DNA from: Pseudomonadota bacterium
GTDB lineage: Bacteria; UBA10199; 2-02-FULL-44-16; DYJF01
DNA length: 64,000 nucleotides
Assembly (NCBI GenBank): GCA_043823065.1
Contig: JBDRBB010000008.1
Coordinates: forward strand, 639-64,638
Direction of reading: 5' to 3'
Each line of letters starts with the position of its first letter. Within the stretch, counting starts at the first letter, position 1. The notes beneath the pieces were generated by a model. It did no database searches and had not been told where the DNA came from. It saw only the letters and a program-made list of their open reading frames with translations. Positions 27,383 through 36,400 of this stretch are shown here, one piece after another. The position numbers were made by a program, and so were the translations under genes.

Positions 27383-27480
27383 TAACCACCGGTCACGGAG
27401 CAAAAAGGCACGGAGCAAATTGCTTTTACGCCGTGCGAAATACGCTCTAAAACGATATGGCGTATTGGGGTTGATGTCAA
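27383..27480. repeat. Island spacer repeat, copy B, with minus-strand sigma70 promoter
   Basis: TAACCACCGGTCACGGAGCAA...GCTTTTACGCCGTGCGAAATACG...AAACGATATGGCGTATTGGGGTTGATGTCAA; TTGACA-N17-TATCGT on the minus strand. Confidence 0.85.
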
Positions 27481-27484
27481 AAAA

Positions 27485-28489
27485 TCAGGTTAAAATATAT
27501 TTACCTGATTTTTTGCTTCCAATTCGTTTCACTAACTTGGCTTGAATAAGTGGTTTAAGTAAATCTAGGGCGCCTTGTTTTGAGATATTTAGTTCCGACC
27601 ATATCTCTTTTGGTGCCATGCTCTTTTTCTCTCGTAACAAATTCAATAATTGTTCTTGTTTAGGAGTCAAAACAAGTGTTTTTTTGTGGCTGCTTAATCG
27701 TAGCTGATCTATTCGTTGTAAAACGTTTTCTAGGGTTAAATGTAACACTTCTGCACAATACTCAAGCCAACCTGTTAAATCATCATCTTGTGTTCTAACT
27801 TGGTCTAGGGCCTTATAATAACGAGGTCTGTTTTCCCAATAAGTTTCATCAATTGAAAATATATGATGGGTATCAAAACCGCGTCTATAAAGTTCCCATA
27901 AAGCAAGTGCTCGACCAACACGCCCATTTCCATCTGCAAAAGGATGAATTGCTTCAAATCGATAATGAAGAATTGAAGAAGAAATAACTGGTGACCACTT
28001 CTGACTTTGATCATTCCACCATTCAATTAAATCTTTCATTAGCTTTGGAACTTCTTTTGCTTTTGGTGGTAAGTAGTGGCCAACTCGCACTTCTATTTTA
28101 CGATATTCGCCAGAACTGCCTTGATCCATTACACCAGTTGAGATAATTATATGAAGTTTTAGCAAATCTTTATCTGTTATCTTTTTAATTTCCGTAGCTT
28201 TCTCAATTAATCTGAGAGCTGCAAAATAATTTAAAACTTCCTGTTTTGATCTATTTGTTCTTGTTAGTAGCTGCCCCCCTTGTTCCAATATTTTAACCTC
28301 TTGAAGTGTTAAAGGATTTCCTTCAATCGCGGTTGAAGCATGGGTGTTTTTAACTCTAGCATCTTTTTGAAGGGCAGGAATCCAAGGAACTTGAACTGTA
28401 GCAGCCAATATTTGTTCTCTAAATGAAGCAATTTCTTCAATCATTTTAAGTAAATGAGCAGTAATTGTGAATTTTGGTTTGTAAGCCAT
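27485..28489 (-). CDS. Fic-family protein with C-terminal winged HTH
   Basis: STAIEGN, HPFADGNGRVGR active-site motif, C-terminal HTH. Confidence 0.95.
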   Translation of the reverse strand: MAYKPKFTITAHLLKMIEEIASFREQILAATVQVPWIPALQKDARVKNTHASTAIEGNPLTLQEVKILEQGGQLLTRTNRSKQEVLNYFAALRLIEKATEIKKITDKDLLKLHIIISTGVMDQGSSGEYRKIEVRVGHYLPPKAKEVPKLMKDLIEWWNDQSQKWSPVISSSILHYRFEAIHPFADGNGRVGRALALWELYRRGFDTHHIFSIDETYWENRPRYYKALDQVRTQDDDLTGWLEYCAEVLHLTLENVLQRIDQLRLSSHKKTLVLTPKQEQLLNLLREKKSMAPKEIWSELNISKQGALDLLKPLIQAKLVKRIGSKKSGKYILT

Positions 28490-28505
28490 ATTTGTTATTT
28501 TACAG

Positions 28506-28550
28506 ATAAGTCAAGTATAAGTCAAGTATAAGTCAAGTTGTTAGTCAAGT
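28506..28550. repeat. 11-bp tandem direct repeats upstream of fic
   Basis: ATAAGTCAAGT x3 plus TTAGTCAAGT. Confidence 0.8.
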
Positions 28551-28634
28551 GGGTGGAAGCTAGTTTTCGTAAAAAAGGGGATGTTTCTCTTTTTGTAAGC
28601 CTTTGAAATTATTAAGGTTTATTTTGCTATTGGA

Positions 28635-28740
28635 TTTTAACGCCGTACGCCGGTCGCTGTACGCCGTATGAAATACGAGCGACTAGCGACTAGATACGGT
28701 TTTTAAACGATATGGCGCAATGGGGTTGATGTCAAGGTTG
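28635..28740. repeat. Island spacer repeat, copy C, with minus-strand sigma70 promoter
   Basis: ACGCCGTACGCCGGTCGCTGTACGCCGTATGAAATACG...TAAACGATATGGCGCAATGGGGTTGATGTCAAGGTTG. Confidence 0.85.
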
Positions 28741-28947
28741 GGAAGTTGCTGGTAAAATTTGGGCTCTATCTATATTAATCTTTCAAAACCATTGCTAAAC
28801 AAAAAGCGTTTTAAAAATATTGCAGTAATACTCTTGAACTTGTCCAATTGGCGTCAAAGCTGATAAACTTTTATATTGCTTTACATACTTAGCTCTTCTA
28901 AAGGTTTTACTCTAAATAAACATTACAAACATTATTAGAGGTATTAT

Positions 28948-29265
28948 ATGGCATGGTTATTATTGCTAGGTGCTGGAGTATTAGAGGTTGCTTGGCCAAT
29001 TGGTTTTAAATATTCCAATGGATTTACTAAAATATTACCCACCATTCCTACAATGCTTGCTCTTTTACTTAGCTTTTTCTTAATGTCGCAAGCTGCTAAA
29101 ACTTTGCCAATTGGAACTGTCTATGCAATTTGGACGGGTATTGGTGTATTAGGCACAGCTATTTGTGGAATTTTATTGTTTCAAGAATCTTATAATTTAT
29201 TTCGCATGGCATGCATCTTTTTGATTTTCTTGGGTATAGCTGGCCTCAAGTTTACAACTAAGTAA
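28948..29265 (+). CDS. SMR-family efflux transporter (SugE/Gdx-like)
   Basis: MAWLLLLGAGVLEVAWPIGFKYSNGFT, LPIGTVYAIWTGIG; four TMs. Confidence 0.9.
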   Translation: MAWLLLLGAGVLEVAWPIGFKYSNGFTKILPTIPTMLALLLSFFLMSQAAKTLPIGTVYAIWTGIGVLGTAICGILLFQESYNLFRMACIFLIFLGIAGLKFTTK

Positions 29266-29299
29266 AAGGATTCCATTCAAACACGCCAACATTGTTTTC
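29258..29299 (-). pseudogene. 3'-end remnant of a homolog of the 31153..31578 gene
   Basis: ENNVGVFEWNPFT* versus DGNVGVFEWNPLG* at the end of 31153..31578. Confidence 0.7.
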
Positions 29300-29300
29300 T

Positions 29301-29400
29301 TAACCACCGGTCAAGGAGCAAATTGCTTTTACGCCGTACGCCGGTCGCTAGAGATAAACAGTATGGCGCAATGTGCTTTTTACTACATATTCTTTTACGA
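29301..29400. repeat. Island spacer repeat, copy D
   Basis: TAACCACCGGTCAAGGAGCAAATTGCTTTTACGCCGTACGCCGGTCGCT...TATGGCGCAATG, then TTTTACTACATA shared with copy E. Confidence 0.85.
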
Positions 29401-29437
29401 AAAAAATATTGGAGCAAATTGATTTTTTTATGCTTTG

Positions 29438-29860
29438 TTACAATTCAATTTTCAACGCCTCTTTTAATGCTCCAGCAAATTCATCTGCTTTTTTGGCAAA
29501 CTGTTTTACCAAGGAAATATATTGATCCATGGTTATGCCAAAATAATCATGCACACTGCCGTTTCTAGCATCCAACGCATTGGCCCAAAATTCCGGATCA
29601 TCAATCCATCCAAATTTTATCGCCTCTTGAATGGCTGGCCTGGGACCAAAAGCTTCCGCACCTTGATAATCGGCCGCTGTTTTCATTACTTTCCAACAAT
29701 ATTCAAAACAGACTTCAAATCTTTTTACCACCGCATCTGTGCAAATCTCATTTAGTTCAGATTTATTTTTATTAGCTTCCAAAAGTTCCAAAGATTCTTT
29801 TAATTTGCTTAAAGCTTCTTTAAAAGTTGCCATAGTTTTTTTTACATTGTTGATGGTCAT
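29438..29860 (-). CDS. HEPN protein (HI0074-type nucleotidyltransferase substrate-binding family), putative toxin
   Basis: DAVVKRFEVCFEYCWKVMK and ARNGSVHDY (Rx4H). Confidence 0.9.
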   Translation of the reverse strand: MTINNVKKTMATFKEALSKLKESLELLEANKNKSELNEICTDAVVKRFEVCFEYCWKVMKTAADYQGAEAFGPRPAIQEAIKFGWIDDPEFWANALDARNGSVHDYFGITMDQYISLVKQFAKKADEFAGALKEALKIEL

Positions 29861-30408
29861 GCTATCTCCTTTAATTTTATGGAATCTGGATATAGTTTAG
29901 TAATTCGTATACTGCTTGTTGCAATTGAATTTAAAAACCAAGCTGGTGCTTCATTTAAACACACCAAATCAATGCGATAGGGAAAAGCCAGATCAATTAG
30001 CTCTTGCTTGAAAAGAGAAAAACCTTTTGGTCGCTTGTCTAGGCGAAAATACAGAGCAAAATCCCAATCGCTTTTAATGCCTTTTTTACCCCTAGCCCGA
30101 GAACCAATTAAAAAAAGATCTGCTTGATTTTTTTGAGCATATTCTTCAAATTTTAGAGCTATTTTTTTTATTTTTGGTGGAGAATCTTGAATAATTGATT
30201 CAAAATCTGTTGTTTTGGTTGTTATTTCCTCAAAATCAACTCCAAGTTCAGCCAAAACCTTTTCAAATGAAGTGGAAAAAATAGATTTACCAGAAAACAT
30301 ATTATATAATGATTGTCTTGATACACCACACTTATGGGCAAATTCAGTGATATTTCCCCCCTTTGCCCTTAAATGCGATTCGAACTTATTCTTATCTAAT
30401 AACAACAT
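29857..30408 (-). CDS. HTH-MNT fusion (minimal nucleotidyltransferase antitoxin)
   Basis: N-terminal HTH (ITEFAHKCGVSRQSLY); GSRARG..SDWD and IDLV NTase motifs; 4-bp overlap with the HEPN gene. Confidence 0.88.
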   Translation of the reverse strand: MLLLDKNKFESHLRAKGGNITEFAHKCGVSRQSLYNMFSGKSIFSTSFEKVLAELGVDFEEITTKTTDFESIIQDSPPKIKKIALKFEEYAQKNQADLFLIGSRARGKKGIKSDWDFALYFRLDKRPKGFSLFKQELIDLAFPYRIDLVCLNEAPAWFLNSIATSSIRITKLYPDSIKLKEIA

Positions 30409-30502
30409 ATTTGTATTGTATTACATATAAGACGTTTTGTCTATAAATTAAGAAGTAAGGTCTTGTCTTTTAAAAATTATGGGGACGCGATACTTATTTC
30501 AG

Positions 30503-30610
30503 AACCACTGGTTTTCTTATTTTACTACATACGCTTTTACGCCGTGCGCTGTACGCCGTACGAAATACGTTTTTAAACGATATGGCGCAATGGGGTTGAT
30601 ATCAAGGTTG
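30503..30610. repeat. Island spacer repeat, copy E
   Basis: AACCACTGGT...GCTTTTACGCCGTGCGCTGTACGCCGTACGAAATACG...TAAACGATATGGCGCAATGGGGTTGATATCAAGGTTG. Confidence 0.85.
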
Positions 30611-30640
30611 AGAAAATAGTGAGATAAGATGCTATTATTT

Positions 30641-30854
30641 AAAATTCACGGAGGGGGTAAGGTGTTTGAAGCAGGCGCACGAAACCGGGCTATTCATCAT
30701 GAAAATATTGCTACTTGCTTTATGAGTTAGAAGATTTCCTCTGTCATCATCTAACTCATGCAAGCAGTCAATATTTTCATTCTTCATACGCCCTTATTTC
30801 GTAAGCGCGCGCCTAAATTGCTTCAAACACCTTCTTACCCCCTCCGTGAATTTT
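30641..30854. mobile_element. MITE-like 214-bp nested palindrome
   Basis: AAAATTCACGGAGGGGGTAAGGTGTTTGAAGCA ... TGCTTCAAACACCTTCTTACCCCCTCCGTGAATTTT; inner stem ATGAAAATATTG...ATGAGTTAGA/TCTAACTCAT...CAATATTTTCAT. Confidence 0.65.
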
Positions 30855-30943
30855 GCAGTACCGAAAGCCGCTTAATGAACTGGATAATCAGGGTTGCTTT
30901 GCTGTGCCAGAAATGACAAAGCAGAATCGTCAGACGGAGCAAG

Positions 30944-31148
30944 CTGTTTACCAGATAGGTTTGACGGAGAAAAGGGTTTGTTCTGAAGTAAAAAACCCTG
31001 GAACCAGTCAACTTGCGATGCTTGCCTCAAATGCGTGCCAATGTGCCCAACTGGTGCGATTTCTCTAAAAGTAACCCCTGCTGAGGAAGTCTTGGCCTTG
31101 CGCCAAAAAGGCGTCGATGCCAGCAAGGATGTTCCAAAAGGGGGCTAA
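30944..31148 (+). pseudogene. Diverged, internally deleted 3' remnant of the 22459..24588 oxidoreductase gene
   Basis: KPWNQSTCDACLKCVPMCPTGAISLKVTPAEEVLALRQKGVDASKDVPKGG* is 43/51 identical to the intact C-terminus; short blocks match about 24241-24269 and 24349-24371. Confidence 0.9.
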
Positions 31149-31152
31149 GAGA

Positions 31153-31578
31153 TTAACCAAGCGGGTTCCATTCAAACACGCCCACATTGCCATCTTGATC
31201 AATAATGGCGATTTCTCTTTGGCGATTTCCGCTAAAACTTCCCAAATAAACTTGCACGCCTAAAGAAGAAGTGTTGCGCAAGCTTGGTTTGCGGTTAGAA
31301 ACTGTAGTGGTTCTAAATAAGGTTTGAGGTTGATTTGTTAAAGAATTTTCTGCAAACACCCGCACACTATCAAAACCAAATTTTCTCAAATTTGTTTCAA
31401 CTCTAATATAATGATCTTGATGAAAAGTTGTGGGATTGGCCGAAGCTCTATGAACTATTTGCTGTTCTTCATGGCAGGTGCGCAGATCTTGAGCATTTTT
31501 TATTTGCAAATCTACTGGTTGCCCAGCTTGCTCAATCTCTAGTCTTGTAAATGGCCTTAATATCTTTTCCCAGACCAT
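31153..31578 (-). CDS. Hypothetical protein
   Basis: 141 aa with AGGAG SD; C-terminus duplicated at 29258-29299. Confidence 0.75.
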   Translation of the reverse strand: MVWEKILRPFTRLEIEQAGQPVDLQIKNAQDLRTCHEEQQIVHRASANPTTFHQDHYIRVETNLRKFGFDSVRVFAENSLTNQPQTLFRTTTVSNRKPSLRNTSSLGVQVYLGSFSGNRQREIAIIDQDGNVGVFEWNPLG

Positions 31579-31634
31579 GGTTGCTCCTGCTTAGCCAAGT
31601 AATTACTAAAGATTGGACACTTAGCAAGTGTTTT

Positions 31635-33209
31635 TTATTCCGTTATATTTATTGTTTTAAAAATAGGCACTGGGTTGGTTACAATTACTCCTAATATGCC
31701 ACCAGTAGTAGTTGGATAATAGACAATTTGGGTTGGCGCTACGTTGGCAGTATAGGAGGTGGTGGTTAGGCTGGAGGTGATCATATCAACATTAACAATG
31801 CTATTGGCGCTGTTATCAGCAATATAGATCTCATTTCCAGCAGGGTTGGTCGCAATACCTTGAGGCGCGGTGCCAACTTCTAAGCCTGTAGCTTCAATCC
31901 TTGGTCCTAAAGTGGTGTTGGTTTCAGCAAGCATAATCAAGTCTGTGCCGTTATTATCAGTCATGAGCGCTAAATCATCATTATACCAGCTTAAATCAAA
32001 TGGAGAAATTTCTGGATCTAAATCTCCAGATCTGGGAAATAGGGTTGAGTCAGGGTCGCGCAATTCAAAAGAGATTAAAGGAGCGCCAATAAAAGATCTA
32101 AAATGAGCAAAATGCACAACTCTTTCGCCTCCTGCATATTCTGCAAACAGAACCATTTTGGCATAGTTTAAGGTGGTTTGGATTATGTCAAGTTTGGTGG
32201 CGCGCACTGGCATTGGATCACTAGTTAAAGAACAATTTGGATAATCTTCATCATCTGGAGTTGGCAAACAATTGCTCCGGGTAGGGTCATTTAGACTGTA
32301 AGGAGCTCCAGAATTGATTTCATAAATATCCAGAAAACCAAAATTTTCTGTTTCAAAATCATGGGCCACAGCCACAAAATCAGCAGTAGTTAAAGGCACA
32401 TCAGCAAGTTCAGCAATAGCTACATCATGAATATCAATCTCAAAGGCATCAGAGCTGGTTGCCGCTATATTATCAGCTAGGGCTGCTAAATCATACCAAT
32501 GCAAAGTGTCATTGGTGGTGTCTAAAATTGCTGCATGATCGAAACTAGAATGCACAGCAATTCTATCAAACAAGACTCCAGCAAAAGAGGCACGCTGATA
32601 AACTAGGCCAGTGGCCATATTGATTTCAATGATTTCACTGTTAGTGCCGTCATTTGCCACAATTACCGCAAGCCCATTATCCCAGTCCATTGCCACATCT
32701 TGAGGAATCATAGTGCTTGAAGAAGAAAGAACTTGGTTATTGCTATTGACAGTTGTGCTATAGGCTTCACTTTCTTCACCAGTGCCAGGATCAATATAGG
32801 TCACGGTAATTGTGTCATTTAGGTTGGCATTAATACTGGTGGAAAAATAGCCAGTAGTATCAGTGGTGGTGGTGACCAAGGTCTCGCCAGCTGCTTTCAA
32901 GGATTTGCCAGCCAAATTAGCTTGGGCAGCAGCTGTAGTATTAGTGACCTTTACCGTGGCATTGCCTACTGGTAGATTGTTAGCATAGATATAGCCATAT
33001 ACCAGGGATTTGCCGCTGGCATCAGGAGAGGTTACCGTGATATAGCCAGCAGTTGGTGCGGGCAAAGAAATAGGAGAGCTACCGGTAGTACCTCCTCCTG
33101 AACCTGCGCCACCGCCGCAATTGCTTACTGCCACAATACAAAGAGGTAGTATCGTGACCATGGTAATTGTTCGGAAATATTTGCCTATTTTTGAGTTAAT
33201 TATCTTCAT
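31635..33209 (-). CDS. Lipoprotein with Ig/carboxypeptidase-regulatory-like N-terminal region and probable beta-propeller
   Basis: GAGGTG SD at ATG 33209; signal ending VAVSNC followed by a Gly/Ser linker; VGTAPQGIA and PQDVA propeller-like repeats. Confidence 0.75.
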   Translation of the reverse strand: MKIINSKIGKYFRTITMVTILPLCIVAVSNCGGGAGSGGGTTGSSPISLPAPTAGYITVTSPDASGKSLVYGYIYANNLPVGNATVKVTNTTAAAQANLAGKSLKAAGETLVTTTTDTTGYFSTSINANLNDTITVTYIDPGTGEESEAYSTTVNSNNQVLSSSSTMIPQDVAMDWDNGLAVIVANDGTNSEIIEINMATGLVYQRASFAGVLFDRIAVHSSFDHAAILDTTNDTLHWYDLAALADNIAATSSDAFEIDIHDVAIAELADVPLTTADFVAVAHDFETENFGFLDIYEINSGAPYSLNDPTRSNCLPTPDDEDYPNCSLTSDPMPVRATKLDIIQTTLNYAKMVLFAEYAGGERVVHFAHFRSFIGAPLISFELRDPDSTLFPRSGDLDPEISPFDLSWYNDDLALMTDNNGTDLIMLAETNTTLGPRIEATGLEVGTAPQGIATNPAGNEIYIADNSANSIVNVDMITSSLTTTSYTANVAPTQIVYYPTTTGGILGVIVTNPVPIFKTINITE

Positions 33210-33281
33210 GCTCACCTCATAATTATAACAGAAAAACAACCTACTTCCTATATATATGATTTGTATTACATCATTATAATA

Positions 33282-33297
33282 AGCAATGGTTATGCCA
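33282..33297 (-). promoter_or_regulatory. Sigma54 -24/-12 promoter for the lipoprotein gene
   Basis: TGGCAT-AACCA-TTGCT; IHF-like TTTCAAGATATTA just upstream. Confidence 0.75.
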
Positions 33298-33462
33298 ATA
33301 TTGTGGTAAGTATAATATCTTGAAATTATTGATAAAAATATTTAGTATATGTTTAGTATATATTTTATATGTATATGAATTATAGATTAAATGTATTAAT
33401 TATATAATTCAGATAATTATTTGTGTTGCCCAGAATTATATACATAAGATATAATAACCATT

Positions 33463-36400
33463 ATGGACAATGAGCTTCCTCAAAATATAGCAGGTCGGTG
33501 GCAGGTGGTAAAAGAACTAGGTTCAGGGGCCATGGGGCAGGTTCTTTTGGCCAAAGCAGAAGATGGCATTCCTGTAGCAATCAAACTTATGACCATGACC
33601 TTGACCAAAGATCAAAAACAAAGAGTGGAAAGGTTTAAGTCTGAATTTTCCATTCTTAAGGAATTATCTCATCCTGGAATCAATAAGGTTTATGATTTTG
33701 GTTATGATGAACCAACTCAACATTATTATTTTACTTCAGAATATATTGCTGGCGACCCATTTTTAAAAGCAACAGAATTGCTAAACGTGGATGAGATTGA
33801 AGAATTGTTTGTAGAAATTTTAAGATCTCTGGAATATCTGCACAGTCATGGCATCATGCATGCTGATATTAAATCAACAAACATTTTAGTAGAAGCCAAT
33901 CCTCAAGAAAATTCTCGGATCAAGCTGATTGACTTTGGTTTAGCAGCCCTGGGAACTTTTGATAAGGTCGTGGGCACCCCTTCCTATATGGCGCCAGAAG
34001 TTATTTTGCGCAACAAACCAGATAACCGTGCAGATTTATATTCACTTGGCGTGCTAATTTACACGGCTATTACCAGATATAATCCATTTAAGGCCAGGCA
34101 GTTAAATGAAATGTTTGAAAGACAAATCAATGTTGTGCCTGAACCGCCATCTTTTTATGAACCAACAGTGCCCAAATATTTAGATGATATAATAATGAAG
34201 CTTTTGAAGAAAGTACCTGGTGAGCGTTTTTCTTCAGCAGCGCATGTTATTAGAGCGCTGGCTTATGGCAGCGGTAAGTCTTATCCAGTGGAAACTCAGG
34301 AAACATTTTTGGGTTACTTGCCGACCAAAGGTAATATTGTGGGCAGAAAAAAAGAACTGGCTTCAATTAAGGAACATTGTTTGGCGATTAAGGATTTAAA
34401 ACCGCAAACACCAGCCGGGCTTTGTCTAATGGGCGAAGCTGGTACAGGTAAAAAAAGGTTGTTAACTGAACTAAAATATTTTGCCCAGCTCAATGAACTG
34501 GAGGTAGTTGAACTTAAAGTTTTAGACGAAAAAATTCTGGCCGGGTTTAACGAAGAGCTAAAGCTCTTAATGAAAGAACCGCCCAAGCGCAGCTATATAA
34601 TAGTCGTTGGTGTTTTAGGCTGGCTCGCCACACATAAAGCTGGCAGGCAAACCATTGAACAGTTACGCAAACTTATTAACTGGCTTGGTTTTGTGCGCGC
34701 CCTGTCTCCGGTTAAAGATGTCAGCCGGGTTTTGCTGGCATTTAGCGCCAACCAAGATGAGCTAAATCTATTTAGTTATATGCTGGATTTGCCGGAAAAT
34801 GAATTAAATATAGTTGAGCTTAAAAATTTTGATCAGCAAGAAACCAAAGAGTATCTTACAGTTTTAACAGGCGTGGAAGAAGTGCCCCAGGAATTGGTTG
34901 CTGAATTATATAAAAGAACTCAAGGCAATCCTTTGTTTATTACTGAAGTTATGAAAGAGTTGGTAAAACAAGGTATGCTTTTTGACAAAATTGGTCGCTG
35001 GAATAAAGAAGCGATTGAAGATATTGGTATTAGTTTTGCAAAATTGAAAGTGCCCCAAACGCTAACCCAGATGTTGGTTTCAGCTTATGCCGCTACTTTA
35101 CCAGCAGAAAAAGAAATTTTAGAAGCCTTGGCTGTTTGGAATAGACCGGTTAGTGCAGAAGAATTAAAAGCAATTGCTAGCTCAGAAAAAATTTTTGAGG
35201 TTCTGTCTTCTTTGGTTAAGACTAATACTGTTTTTTTCGATAATATCAATGGGGCGTATTATTTTCAAAACGATTTACTAAAAGATGTTGTCTATGAAAA
35301 CATTTCAAAAGAGAAAAAAGCAGATCTGCATCAATTAATCACCTCATTTTTAAAAACACACCAGCCTGAAAATTTTTCAGAAATTAACTGGCATTTGGGT
35401 AGGTGTGCTGAAGATCAAGAAGCTGTAGATGCCTTAATTCGTTTGGGCCTGCATTATTTAAAAAACTATAAAGTATTAGATTCCATAACAAACTTTAGCG
35501 AAGCCCTTGCTCGCGGCCAAGTAGCTGACTATCGCTTAAATGAAATATTGCTGCACTTAGGTGAGGCCTATACTCAAGCCAGGCGCTATGTTCAAGCAAT
35601 TGAAGTTTATCAAAAACTTTTGGACAAATTAAAATCTCAGGGGGATGAGGAAAGCCTGGAAGTAATCGAGACTTGGCAAAAATTGGGTGTGGTTTATTTG
35701 CGCTATGGTGATTTAGGTCATAGTAAGGAAATTTTAGGCAAAGCGCAAAAAGCCTTGGAAAAAATATCAGGGAAACTTCCTTTAAAATTAAAAGTTTCCA
35801 ATCATTTAGCCAGACTTGCTTTTTTGGAAGGCAAGCTGGATCTGGCTGCCAATATTTATAAGGAAAATAAGGACAGGTGGAAGGTTTTGTCGCCAGATGA
35901 AAAAAAACAGGTATTAAATAATGATTTGGCTCATGTTTATCTGCGCATGAATAAATTTGATCTGGCGGAAAAAGAATTAAATGCAGATATTAAATATTTG
36001 GAAAGCATTAAAGAAGATAAAGAACTGGAAAGAGCATATTATGGAATCGCTGAGCTGTATCGCGAAAAAGGAGATTTAGACCAAGCTATTCTCTATTTTG
36101 AAAAAGCCATTAGCCTTGCCAAAAATATCTATGATTCTGAGTTGCTGCTTTATACTTATAATGGTTTGGGCAATGCCTATAATGCTAAAGGAGAGCAAGC
36201 CAAGAGTTTATATTGGTATGAGCGCGGCCTGGATTTGGCGGCGCGTACTGGTGAGGATTCAAACGCAGCAGCAATAAGCGTAAACATTGGCTTGATAAAA
36301 GAAACTCAGAATGATTTAGAACAGGCTGCCCACCACTTTGATTCTGCAATACGTATTATCAACCGAGTTGAGAAAAAAACCAGTTTTGAATTAGGCTACT

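Noticed and set aside
28740-28947. Guanidine riboswitch upstream of the SugE-like gene
   Set aside because: No ykkC, twin ACGR-loop or guanidine-III motif recognisable; the region is AT-rich
29323-29568. ORF 29323..29568 and ORF 25624..25842
   Set aside because: They run through repeats and overlap better-supported genes
26930-30610. Classical integron attC array or CRISPR array
   Set aside because: No RYYYAAC...GTTRRRY boxes, no intI or cas genes in the window; repeats are degenerate, modular and separated by whole genes
30853-31126. ORFs 30853..31068 (+) and 30872..31126 (-)
   Set aside because: Off-frame and antisense readings of the oxidoreductase remnant
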